DNA from: Candidatus Gottesmanbacteria bacterium
GTDB taxonomy: Bacteria > Patescibacteriota > Microgenomatia > UBA10105 > UBA927
NCBI GenBank assembly: GCA_043798445.1
Contig: JAZDOQ010000007.1
Span: 4,437-68,436, forward strand
Length of the DNA stretch: 64,000 bases
Reading direction: 5' to 3'
Position 1 is the stretch's first letter. Every line of letters starts with the position of its first letter. The position numbers and the translations under genes are program-made. The notes under the pieces are model-generated. The model was not told the DNA's origin and searched no databases. It was given only the letters and a program-made list of their open reading frames with translations. Shown here in pieces: positions 37,527-46,322 of this stretch.

Positions 37527-37538
37527 GGTCAGCCAGCA
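37527..37538 (+). repeat. Collapsed junction motif, copy e
   Basis: GGTC+AGCCAGCA equals the two ends of copy f (GGTC...AGCCAGGA) without the central 15 nt. Confidence 0.45.
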
Positions 37539-37565
37539 TAAAATAATTTATGACTATAGCTGTCA

Positions 37566-37712
37566 TCATTGTCGATTTATTGGACACATAATATTATAAT
37601 GAGAATCAATCGACATGGCTTGGCATTCATCGTCCTCAGAGAACTTTCTCGCGTAAAGACAATATTCGATCTTTGGTGGTACTATCGGTATGTTTTGATT
37701 GTAGGTACCCAT
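37566..37712 (-). pseudogene. N-terminal remnant of a serine recombinase (48 codons then stop)
   Basis: Hand translation gives MGTYNQNIPIVPPKIEYCLYARKFSEDDECQAMSIDSHYNIMCPINRQ. The stretch Y.YARK(F)SEDDE(C)QAMSIDS resembles the YxRKSSEDExRQxxSIxxQ N-terminus of recombinase-family proteins, but the presumed catalytic Ser is Phe. Confidence 0.4.
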
Positions 37713-37761
37713 TTCAAGGTACAGGGTACCGCAACGGTGGTGGAAGTCTAGTCGGAGAATA

Positions 37762-38139
37762 CTATATCTTAGACCTTGGATCTAATAGAATGGCTGCCAT
37801 GAAGAAAAACAAAAGGAATAAAACTACCGCTACGACTACCTTTTCAAGTACAGACATCTCTTTCTTCTTTAATGTAATAGGAATTGATACTAAAAGAAAA
37901 ATTTCGGCGACAAAAGAACCATAACCCAATAATGTAAAGATATTTTGAATAACTAATGGAAAAGAGGAGATGTCTTCTCTTACGTCTCCTAACAGGTCAA
38001 GAAAGGTGGGTATTTTTAGAATATCTTGAGTAATATCTTTCAGGAAATGAATCAAAACAAAAATATATAAAATTGGGAGTAATTTTCTCCATAATTTATA
38101 TATTAATATTTTCATACTCTTATTAATTTCTCTAGCCAA
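37762..38139 (-). CDS. small membrane protein (3-4 TM)
   Basis: Hydrophobic ORF and last gene of the minus-strand operon. Overlaps the upstream gene by 28 nt. Confidence 0.45.
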   Translation of the reverse strand: MAREINKSMKILIYKLWRKLLPILYIFVLIHFLKDITQDILKIPTFLDLLGDVREDISSFPLVIQNIFTLLGYGSFVAEIFLLVSIPITLKKKEMSVLEKVVVAVVLFLLFFFMAAILLDPRSKI

Positions 38140-39080
38140 GGAATACTCTCATTTTGTCTTTTCCACCACAGGTCTTCCCAAATATAGTGCACCGCCAGTT
38201 GTTTGTACTCACCAAATATATCAAAATGTTTGAGAATTTTTGCAACAGGTACAGGATTTTCAGGATCAACATCAAAAAACACTTTAGAATAAATCTTTTG
38301 TTCCCAGGGAGAAACATGGTTAAAGAAATCCCAGTGATGAAATACGTCAAAAAGCAAATACCAAACTGTTGCGGGTCCAACCCCATATAGTTTTAGCAAC
38401 TCATTCATTTGAGTTTCCCTGTCCTTTTTTCTTAACTCCATTTCGTCCATTAAACCTTGAGCAAAATAATTGTCTATTTTCTTTATAGATTTGGCACGGT
38501 ATCCCAGCTTTAGTGCTCTCAATTGGTCCTCGGTTATATTTTGCAATCTACCCGGCTTAAAGAAGCACCAAAGTTTTTTATCATCAAACTCCAGTTTGGT
38601 TCCATAATTTTCAAGAAGTGCCTTAAACATTTGAACTGATCGTCTAACAGTTGCATTTTGCAAAACAATTCCGATGAGAAGATACTCATATAGAGAACTC
38701 GGGTGTCCTGGTTTCATCCCTTGCCACTTTTTTACGATGGGTCCGAGGATTTTATCGTTTTCAAATTCTTTATAAAATGATGTTAAATCTAGTTCTAGGT
38801 TGTATTTATATTTGATTTCATCAATTAAGCTGTCAATAAATTCTTTATCCAGTTTATCTTCGGAATAAATACTGATTTCAATTTTTGGATTTACAGTTGA
38901 TCCGATATTTTTAAAGCGAATACCCAAACACTTATCTCTCCACGTCCAGGTTTGCCAACGATTTCCGACCTCCCACAGATTGTCGCCAGATGTAAAGTGA
39001 TCTGGTTTGTGGAAAGTAGCATCAAAATTAAATGGAGTATTTGGAGTAACTTCTATTTGACATACTTTTCGTAGTTTCAT
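38112..39080 (-). CDS. HhH-GPD superfamily DNA glycosylase (AlkA/Ogg-like)
   Basis: LKLYGVGPATVWYLLFDVF is a helix-hairpin-helix followed by a Gly/Pro loop. Subfamily not resolved. Confidence 0.5.
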   Translation of the reverse strand: MKLRKVCQIEVTPNTPFNFDATFHKPDHFTSGDNLWEVGNRWQTWTWRDKCLGIRFKNIGSTVNPKIEISIYSEDKLDKEFIDSLIDEIKYKYNLELDLTSFYKEFENDKILGPIVKKWQGMKPGHPSSLYEYLLIGIVLQNATVRRSVQMFKALLENYGTKLEFDDKKLWCFFKPGRLQNITEDQLRALKLGYRAKSIKKIDNYFAQGLMDEMELRKKDRETQMNELLKLYGVGPATVWYLLFDVFHHWDFFNHVSPWEQKIYSKVFFDVDPENPVPVAKILKHFDIFGEYKQLAVHYIWEDLWWKRQNESIPWLEKLIRV

Positions 39081-39457
39081 ACTTTGACTTCAGATGAAAA
39101 AGTCAGCTGATAGTCTGGAATACCTAAATTCACTCCGTAATCTTTAACAGCATCATATTCTTTGGGGTTGTGTCTATTAACTTTAAACACTTTACCTCTA
39201 AAAATAACAAAGTGATAATTTTCATTTTTGTAATCGGCATACCATTCGTGTTCCGCATCTAAACTACTACTAAGTTTTGCTGCAATTTCCCCAGCCGAAG
39301 TTTCAGAAATTTCTACAGTATGTAGCGTCCACTTCTTTAACCACGGGGTTTTGTGAGATGGCGTTACCTCTTCTACTTTTGTGGATATGATTTTTATATC
39401 ATCAAGCAAATCTGTATTTTGAAGACTTTCTTCAATTATTATCCCTTTATAATTCAT
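39077..39457 (-). CDS. hypothetical protein (126 aa)
   Basis: ORF in an operon with 4-nt overlaps at both ends. No motif recognised. Confidence 0.45.
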   Translation of the reverse strand: MNYKGIIIEESLQNTDLLDDIKIISTKVEEVTPSHKTPWLKKWTLHTVEISETSAGEIAAKLSSSLDAEHEWYADYKNENYHFVIFRGKVFKVNRHNPKEYDAVKDYGVNLGIPDYQLTFSSEVKV

Positions 39458-39758
39458 AGGTTTTTTGCTTCCCACATTTTAACTAAATCAAGCATTTCTT
39501 GTTCAAAATCAGGAATAAATACGATCTCAATTTTATTGTTATTGCTCTCATTTAAAATCTTATTATCGGTTAAACCTTCATAATAGAATTTCTTAACCAT
39601 GCATGTTCTGTCGGGTCATTGAGTTTTCTACCAAGGCTAACACCTTCTGCGATTACTTTACCATCTTTAACAACAATTGCTCCCGCAGGGAAACCACCTT
39701 CATCAACCGATTTTTTGGCTTGTTCAACAGCTAGTTTTAAATAATCTTTATCGTTCAT
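39454..39758 (-). pseudogene. CMP/dCMP-type (guanine/cytidine) deaminase with its catalytic core deleted and frameshifted
   Basis: The N-terminal fragment MNDKDYLKLAVEQAKKS...DPTEHA breaks exactly at the HAE zinc motif (it reads HAW). A second frame, 39600-39454, encodes MVKKFYYEG...MWEAKNL, which resembles a deaminase C-terminus. The PCxxC region is missing. Confidence 0.5.
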
Positions 39759-39761
39759 GTT

Positions 39762-40745
39762 TTATTTTTCTAATACTGATATTTGGGATTTGGGTAGCCA
39801 ATCCCTAGATATAAAATTCAATAAATCGTCAGCCGTTAGAGCTTCCATGTCATGTGCCATGCGGCCAGCTTTTTCATCTCCAAATTCCTTTTTGTCGATG
39901 ATTAAGTATCCTCTACCAAGCGCTGAGATGAAATCTAACGATTCAATCGGCTGTACGATTTCATCAGTAGAAACTTGTGTATCTCCCCAAGAAACCGCGG
40001 CTATAAACTCTATATTATTTGGAACATCGGATACATCTTTATGAATATCCACATGCGCTTGATAAAAAATATCTGTATTCAATTTTGCGTCACCTATCTG
40101 AACACGCTCTCTTGCCCAATCTGTATTTAAATGGTCATACCAAACTTTCAAAAACGGATGATCATCTGTTCGGAATCTTCCTAGAGATCCAGAAAGTGAC
40201 ACAACTCTATTTATCCTTTTACACATTTCAGGTTCACTTATTGCATACTTAATTAACGAAAGTATAAGTGCCAATGGACCGAATGAATGTCCGCACAAAG
40301 TAATTTGAGAAAAATATGGTACAAATGTTTCCAGAGCAACCAATGGCTCATTCAGCCAATCAGTTATTGAGTTTTCTAATTTACTTCCAAGAACAATTTG
40401 ATTAAGTCTTTTTCCAATTTCCTGCCGTTCTTCACAATTTAGATAACCCGAAGAATATTTACCATTTATCAAAGTCCCGTTATGTCTTGCCAAAAATACT
40501 GTATATCCATTTTCCAAAATTTTTGTCAACCACAATTGTTCAAATTGAGTCGAACCACCACCCGGAAATCCAGGCTCAAACAATATAAATTTATCTGTTT
40601 CTTTAAGGGGTAAGTAAATCTTTCCTTCGACTGTTCCTGATTTTTTTTGGAGAGTAACCCAATAAGAATTGGCGATGTCTTTATGATCTTTTAGTGGAAT
40701 TATTTTGTCCTTTTCAACAACTTGTTTGAATTGGTTAATATTCAT
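39762..40745 (-). CDS. alpha/beta-fold hydrolase
   Basis: Contains the nucleophile elbow GHSFG and an overall alpha/beta hydrolase pattern. Confidence 0.6.
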   Translation of the reverse strand: MNINQFKQVVEKDKIIPLKDHKDIANSYWVTLQKKSGTVEGKIYLPLKETDKFILFEPGFPGGGSTQFEQLWLTKILENGYTVFLARHNGTLINGKYSSGYLNCEERQEIGKRLNQIVLGSKLENSITDWLNEPLVALETFVPYFSQITLCGHSFGPLALILSLIKYAISEPEMCKRINRVVSLSGSLGRFRTDDHPFLKVWYDHLNTDWARERVQIGDAKLNTDIFYQAHVDIHKDVSDVPNNIEFIAAVSWGDTQVSTDEIVQPIESLDFISALGRGYLIIDKKEFGDEKAGRMAHDMEALTADDLLNFISRDWLPKSQISVLEK

Positions 40746-40746
40746 A

Positions 40747-41448
40747 TTAGTTTGATGTTTTAGTGTTTCTTTTGTTCAGTACAACATGGTCCATAATCAT
40801 AGTCATGTCGCGCTCAATCATAAAAACAATTACTTCCGCAACTTTGTTTGTATCCATCCAATCTGTGTTTTCTTTAGGTTTACCTGCTTTCTCAAAAAGG
40901 GAGGTGTGCATTCCACCAGGATAGAAACCACTTACCTTTACATTCGTATTAGCCAAATCTTCTTTGAGAGAATCTGTAAATCCAGTAACCCCAAACTTGG
41001 ATGCAACATATACAGCCTGATTACTTCGGCCTTTTAGTCCAGAAGTAGAGGAGATGTTAACTATATGTGCTTCATTCGATTTTAATAGTTTGGGTAAGAA
41101 AGCTTTGGTGGAAAGAATTACACCTTTTAAATTTATATCAATTGCATCAGATATTTCTTTTTCAGTATTGTCGATTACCGAACCTTCGATCCAAATTCCA
41201 GCGGCATTAATTAAAACATCTACACGTTCTAAATCATCGGCTATTTTTTGAATTTCATTTAGTTTGCTAACGTCAGCAGAAGATCCTTTAACATTATTAC
41301 CCAATGACTTTACTGCATTTTCGATTTTGTTCTTATCTCGTCCGATAATAAAAACATTAGAGCCTTTGTTTATAAACAATTTTGCCAAAGAGAAACCAAG
41401 ACCATCTGAGCCACCTGTAATAACGACAGTTTTGTCTTTTAGTTTCAT
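40747..41448 (-). CDS. short-chain dehydrogenase/reductase (SDR)
   Basis: Contains TGGSDGLG (TGxxxGxG), NAAG and YVASK (YxxxK). Confidence 0.9.
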   Translation of the reverse strand: MKLKDKTVVITGGSDGLGFSLAKLFINKGSNVFIIGRDKNKIENAVKSLGNNVKGSSADVSKLNEIQKIADDLERVDVLINAAGIWIEGSVIDNTEKEISDAIDINLKGVILSTKAFLPKLLKSNEAHIVNISSTSGLKGRSNQAVYVASKFGVTGFTDSLKEDLANTNVKVSGFYPGGMHTSLFEKAGKPKENTDWMDTNKVAEVIVFMIERDMTMIMDHVVLNKRNTKTSN

Positions 41449-41635
41449 AACTGTATTTTACTCAAAACGACGAGGAAATGGAACTATCGTTAACTTATGG
41501 GGAAATGTTAAAAGAAATCCTTTGGAAAAGTTCTGAGTGCTTTTGCTATTTTGTTGATTACCTCGACACCCTTTTATACTGTCTCATTTGTCTCGTCTAG
41601 CCTTGATGTGAGACAATCAGTTATAGGGATAAGAA

Positions 41636-41662
41636 GGTCCTGACTGGCATGCTCAGCCAGGA
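41636..41662 (+). repeat. 27-nt junction motif, copy f (distal edge of the accessory tract)
   Basis: GGTCCTGACTGGCATGCTCAGCCAGGA can form an imperfect 8-9 bp hairpin around GCATGC. Confidence 0.75.
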
Positions 41663-41692
41663 TCAAATTGATAAAGATTGGAGGTGATACTA

Positions 41693-41944
41693 ATGGCGGA
41701 AGAAAAACCAATCGGGAAAGTTATCCACTATTACGATAATATTAATGTTGCAATTGTGAAACTTGAAAAAAAGCTGTCTGTCGGTAAAACAATAAAATTC
41801 GTGAAAGGGGATAATGTTTTTGAACAAACCGTGGAATCGATGGAAAAGGAGCATGGGAAGCTTATCGACGCAAAACTAGGCGATGAAGTAGGTATCAAAG
41901 TTGACCAAATAGCTAAAGTGGGAACTTTGGTGTACGCCGTGTAA
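41693..41944 (+). CDS. small EF-Tu domain-2-like (translation elongation factor-like) beta-barrel protein
   Basis: GGAGGTG site. PIGKVIHYYDNINVAIVKL...GDEVGIKV...GTLVY resembles the standalone EF-like barrel family. Confidence 0.55.
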   Translation: MAEEKPIGKVIHYYDNINVAIVKLEKKLSVGKTIKFVKGDNVFEQTVESMEKEHGKLIDAKLGDEVGIKVDQIAKVGTLVYAV

Positions 41945-42297
41945 CGTGCTGGGTGAGGTGGGACCGTATTTTTGTTGTTCAGATTCAGACAAAAGGAAAT
42001 CTTTCGACTTCCTTTTTGTGATGATGCGAGTTGAGGTGAGCAAATTTGTGTATAAAGCGCACCAGAGCTTCATAATATCCCATCATTAGGTAAAATCGGT
42101 CATCTATGGTATACTACCAATTAATTGCAGATGGTATGTAAATACTTCTGCTTACATATTGATAGGTTTTAAGTTAGAGATAAAAGATACCCCAATTTTT
42201 CAAATTTTGTATCTTCATTCCCACTTTTTTCACTTTTCATTTCTAAGCAGTAGTATTCGTGTATCATCACAAGATTTACCGAAGGAAAGGAGAAAAT

Positions 42298-42555
42298 ATG
42301 ACAAATAAATTATTTATCGGAAATTTGGAATACTCAACAACTGACGCACAGTTAACAGAGCTTTTTTCCACATTCGGGACAGTCGTATCTGCGAAAGTTA
42401 TCGTGGATAGAATGTCCGGTATGGGAAAAGGATTTGCTTTCGTTGAAATGGAAACACCAGAAATTGCAGCAGCAGCTATGGCTAAACTTGATGGTTCATC
42501 ATTTGCTAGTCGATCACTCGTCGTAAAAGAAGCAAAACCTCAAGAACGGAGATAA
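42298..42555 (+). CDS. RRM-type RNA-binding protein
   Basis: Contains RNP2 (LFIGNL) and RNP1 (KGFAFVEM). AAGGAG lies upstream. Confidence 0.88.
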   Translation: MTNKLFIGNLEYSTTDAQLTELFSTFGTVVSAKVIVDRMSGMGKGFAFVEMETPEIAAAAMAKLDGSSFASRSLVVKEAKPQERR

Positions 42556-42556
42556 T

Positions 42557-43729
42557 ATGCAAGGATTTAATAACAAACATCAACAAAACCGCGGATTCCT
42601 CGGAAATGGGAATGGTCGGCGTGGGATAAAACGATTAAATCCAAATCTCTTTATCAAAAAAGCAACTGATGTCGCCACTCAGGTTGAGTATGTGGCATCT
42701 GCACGATTTGCTGACTATGCAATTAGCGACAAGATAAAGCGGAACATTGAGGAACATGGATATACAATTCCGACAGCTATTCAGGAAAAATCAATTCCTG
42801 AAATTCTTTTAGGACGCGATGTTATCGGTATTGCTAATACCGGTACAGGTAAAACTGCCGCGTTTCTCATTACGCTTATTAACAAATGTATGCTCGATCA
42901 TAATCAGCGGGTATTGATCGTTGTTCCAACACGGGAACTAGCATGCCAGATCCGGGATGAGTTTTTCATCTTCGGGCGGGGAACAGGACTCGATGTTACT
43001 GCCATCATCGGTGGTGCAAACATTCAGAGACAGAAATATGCCCTTCGCAGGAATCCGCATTTCGTCATCGGAACTCCAGGAAGACTGACAGACTTGGTCG
43101 ATCGAGGAGAATTGAATTTAAATCTGTTTGGCAATGTCGTTCTTGATGAAGTTGACCGGATGGTTGATATTGGATTTATCAAAGATATCAAGTATCTCGT
43201 TTCCTATCTTCCGAAGGTCCGTCAGTCATTGTTCTTCTCAGCTACCGTTGATGGTAGAACACAGGAAATATTACGGGAATTCGTTACCAATCCGGTAACA
43301 GTATCGGTAAAACAGCAAAATACCGTCGAACATATTGATCAAAACATTGTGCATACTGGAGGTAAAGTAAAAATTGAAGTCCTGCACGATCTTCTTATTC
43401 AACCGGGATTTGATAAGGTTATTATCTTTGGTCGAACCAAATGGGGGATGGATAAGTTGTCACACGCATTAGTTGATCGTGGTTTTAAAACAGCAACGAT
43501 TCATGGAAATAAATCACAGGGGCAAAGACAGCGGGCGCTGTCTGAATTTAAAAATAATAGGCAAAACATATTAATTGCTACAGATGTTGCTGCACGGGGA
43601 ATCGATATTGATGGTGTGACACATGTTATTAATTATGACGCACCGGAAACCTATGATGATTATATTCATAGAATCGGAAGAACAGGGAGAGCCGGAAAAC
43701 AAGGAATTGCCTTAACATTTGTTGATTAA
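42557..43729 (+). CDS. DEAD-box ATP-dependent RNA helicase
   Basis: Contains a Q-motif, AxTGTGKT, DEVD (a DEAD variant), SAT and HRIGRTGRAG. Confidence 0.92.
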   Translation: MQGFNNKHQQNRGFLGNGNGRRGIKRLNPNLFIKKATDVATQVEYVASARFADYAISDKIKRNIEEHGYTIPTAIQEKSIPEILLGRDVIGIANTGTGKTAAFLITLINKCMLDHNQRVLIVVPTRELACQIRDEFFIFGRGTGLDVTAIIGGANIQRQKYALRRNPHFVIGTPGRLTDLVDRGELNLNLFGNVVLDEVDRMVDIGFIKDIKYLVSYLPKVRQSLFFSATVDGRTQEILREFVTNPVTVSVKQQNTVEHIDQNIVHTGGKVKIEVLHDLLIQPGFDKVIIFGRTKWGMDKLSHALVDRGFKTATIHGNKSQGQRQRALSEFKNNRQNILIATDVAARGIDIDGVTHVINYDAPETYDDYIHRIGRTGRAGKQGIALTFVD

Positions 43730-43741
43730 CACACTATTAGT

Positions 43742-44953
43742 ATGAACATTTTATTTATCAGCCCTAATTCCCCAAAAGAAAGTGTTGGTGGAATCGAACG
43801 GTACATTACCAATTTAATTAATTACTACAAAGATAGGTCAGATGCCGGTGTGTATTTGATCTTGCCAACAACGGGAGAAACAAAAGTCGAACAAGAAGGT
43901 AGCGTCACTATATATTACGATAAAAGCTTTTCAGTTCCCCGACAACCAGAACGTCACAAGAAACAAATCACGAAAAATGCACGTGTGTTTTCAACGCTCG
44001 TTGAAATAATTATTAAAGACAAAAAGATCGATATCATTTGCGCAGAGAATTTGGCAATAGGTACGCCTGCTATATATAGTTTACTGTTAAATATGATTGC
44101 CTCTCAATATCAAATCCTTCTCGTGTTGCGGCTTCATTCATTCCCAGTAACTGAACTTCAAAAAGAACTCGTAAATCAACTGATGTGGAGTAGGGTAAGC
44201 TGCGTGAGCAAGAGCGTTGCTGGTGATTGTTTCCAAAAGGGGACTGATATCGATATATTATCAACCGACTATTTAGGAGTGAATACAAGCGAGTTTACGG
44301 ATGGTAAAGTTGGAAAAGGTCTGCTTAAGAAAGAATTGGGAATGAATGACAACGCAAAAATTATTTTAACTGCTACACGAATTATTGCAGGATCATTTAC
44401 TATTCTTCGGGAGAAAGGTGTTATTAACTTAATCAAAGCTTTTTCCAAAATGCATACACGCTACCCGAGTTGGCGATTACTGATTGCCGTCGGAATACCT
44501 CCTGAAAGTTTAAAAAATGAATTTGAACAATCACTTGAAATGTTGATGGGGTATATTAAGCTTCACGGTATTGAAAAGCAAGCTATCGTAAAGACATTTC
44601 CTCTTGAGGATATGCCAAAGGTATACAAAGAATCAGATGTATTTGTCTTAACATCTGAAAATGAAACATTCGGGCAGGTGTTTATTGAAGCCATGAGCTG
44701 TGGTATCCCTGTTATTGGTACAAAAGTGGGTGGAATACCGGAAATTATCAGTGATTCATATAATGGGTATTTAGTCCAACCTGATGATGCAAGTATTCTT
44801 GCACAACGGATTGAAAAGCTGATGAATGATACAGATCTTCGGGGAAAATTCATAAAGGGAGGTATAAAAACAGTAAAAAGCAATTTCACTGCTGAAAGGC
44901 AATTTGCTGAATTCCATGCAATGTTGGCGGCTACAGCTATCGATCACAGCTAA
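43742..44953 (+). CDS. glycosyltransferase family 4 (GT-B)
   Basis: The C-terminal E..FG....EAMSCGIPVIGT.VGGIPE matches the GT4 EX7E region. Confidence 0.85.
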   Translation: MNILFISPNSPKESVGGIERYITNLINYYKDRSDAGVYLILPTTGETKVEQEGSVTIYYDKSFSVPRQPERHKKQITKNARVFSTLVEIIIKDKKIDIICAENLAIGTPAIYSLLLNMIASQYQILLVLRLHSFPVTELQKELVNQLMWSRVSCVSKSVAGDCFQKGTDIDILSTDYLGVNTSEFTDGKVGKGLLKKELGMNDNAKIILTATRIIAGSFTILREKGVINLIKAFSKMHTRYPSWRLLIAVGIPPESLKNEFEQSLEMLMGYIKLHGIEKQAIVKTFPLEDMPKVYKESDVFVLTSENETFGQVFIEAMSCGIPVIGTKVGGIPEIISDSYNGYLVQPDDASILAQRIEKLMNDTDLRGKFIKGGIKTVKSNFTAERQFAEFHAMLAATAIDHS

Positions 44954-44982
44954 CAGTAATTCTGTGGTATCATTGCATAGAT

Positions 44983-45726
44983 ATGGATACACTTTTGTAC
45001 ATCATCTTTGCAAACTTCGTTATTAGTTTAGGCGGATTGGTGGGAGTATTTACTCTATCAATCAAAGAATCTAAATTATCCCGCATTTTGATGCTTCTTG
45101 TGTCATTATCAGCTGGAGCATTGATGGGTGGAGCGTTCTTACATTTGTTGCCGGAAGCCGTTGAACTTCTTGATGTGAATACGGTATTTACTATTGTTCT
45201 TATTTCATTTGTCACTTTTTTCTTTATAGAGAAATTGCTCCATTGGAGACATTGTCACAAAGGACATTGCGACGTACATACATTTGGATCCATGAATCTC
45301 ATTGGAGATTCTATTCATAATTTTATTGACGGTCTTATCATCGCAGCTACATTTTTAACTGATATCAGGCTTGGTATTGTGACAACGCTTACCGTTGCAC
45401 TCCATGAGATCCCGCAGGAAATTGGTGATTTTGGAGTACTTCTTTATTCAGGATTTGGAAAGAAAAAAGCACTCATTGCAAATTTTCTGGTTGCACTCAT
45501 TGCAATATTTGGTGGGGTTGTCGGTTATTTTCTTTCTTTTTATGCTGAACATTTCATTACATATCTTCTTCCTTTTGCAGCAGGAGGATTTATCTATATT
45601 GCGGCTTCCGACCTAATGCCTGAAATTCGAAAAGAGCAGAGCCTGAAAAAGTCTATTGTGTCGTTTGGATTTTTTCTACTTGGTATTGGAATCATGGTTC
45701 TTACTAAAAAATTCGGAGCCGAATAA
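44983..45726 (+). CDS. ZIP family metal (zinc) transporter
   Basis: HEIPQEIGDFGVLL and a His-rich loop (HWRHCHKGHCDVH) are ZupT-like. Confidence 0.88.
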   Translation: MDTLLYIIFANFVISLGGLVGVFTLSIKESKLSRILMLLVSLSAGALMGGAFLHLLPEAVELLDVNTVFTIVLISFVTFFFIEKLLHWRHCHKGHCDVHTFGSMNLIGDSIHNFIDGLIIAATFLTDIRLGIVTTLTVALHEIPQEIGDFGVLLYSGFGKKKALIANFLVALIAIFGGVVGYFLSFYAEHFITYLLPFAAGGFIYIAASDLMPEIRKEQSLKKSIVSFGFFLLGIGIMVLTKKFGAE

Positions 45727-45729
45727 ATC

Positions 45730-46302
45730 ATGACAATTACTTCAGCGTTATTTGTAAAAAGCATTAATGGTACAGATAAGATTTTGTACGACGGAAAATT
45801 TCAGGTGGCATTCGTTGGAAGATCGAATGTCGGAAAATCCAGTTGTATCAATTCCCTTGTCCACGAAAAACTTGCACGTTCAAGTAAAGCACCCGGAAAG
45901 ACAAAACACTTGGATATTTTTTTGATTAATAACAAATTTTATTTTGTTGATTTTCCGGGATACGGATTCGCGCATGCCTCGGGTGATGAGCGGGAACGGT
46001 ATAGAAAAATGATGATGTGGTATTTTGAATTTTCCGAAGTGAAACGGAGAACTGTTATTCATATCGTCGATAGTGTTGTCGGAATGACAGCGTTTGATTT
46101 ACAGATGGTTGAATACCTGGAAAAATTGAATATTGACCGAGTTATTATTGCAAACAAAATTGATAAACTGTCAAAGCAGGAACAACGAATACATATTGAC
46201 GAAATTGTGAAACAAGTCGGTGGTGCAGCGGTTATTCCATATAGTACAAAAACAAATGAAGGTCGAAGTTCTTTACTTTCAATTCTTGAGCACATGGTAT
46301 GA
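45730..46302 (+). CDS. engB: ribosome-biogenesis GTPase YsxC/EngB
   Basis: Contains GRSNVGKSS, DFPGYG and NKIDK. Confidence 0.9.
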   Translation: MTITSALFVKSINGTDKILYDGKFQVAFVGRSNVGKSSCINSLVHEKLARSSKAPGKTKHLDIFLINNKFYFVDFPGYGFAHASGDERERYRKMMMWYFEFSEVKRRTVIHIVDSVVGMTAFDLQMVEYLEKLNIDRVIIANKIDKLSKQEQRIHIDEIVKQVGGAAVIPYSTKTNEGRSSLLSILEHMV

Positions 46303-46322
46303 AAGACATGATTGTCATTTTT

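Noticed and set aside
33620-37540. A classical integron cassette array.
   Set aside because: There is no IntI-type tyrosine recombinase and no attI. The junctions lack the R''/R' (RYYYAAC / GTTRRRY) attC cores. Cassettes 1 and 2 carry their own promoters.
37569-37751. 60-aa plus-strand ORF in the Ldh_2 / membrane-protein gap.
   Set aside because: It has no ribosome-binding site or motif. The opposite strand carries the more informative recombinase-like remnant.
41945-42297. A long (about 350 nt) non-coding leader upstream of the RRM protein gene, as a possible riboswitch or sRNA.
   Set aside because: I could not recognise any known riboswitch core or a convincing conserved structure by eye. 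It may simply hold a promoter and a cold-shock-type 5' UTR.
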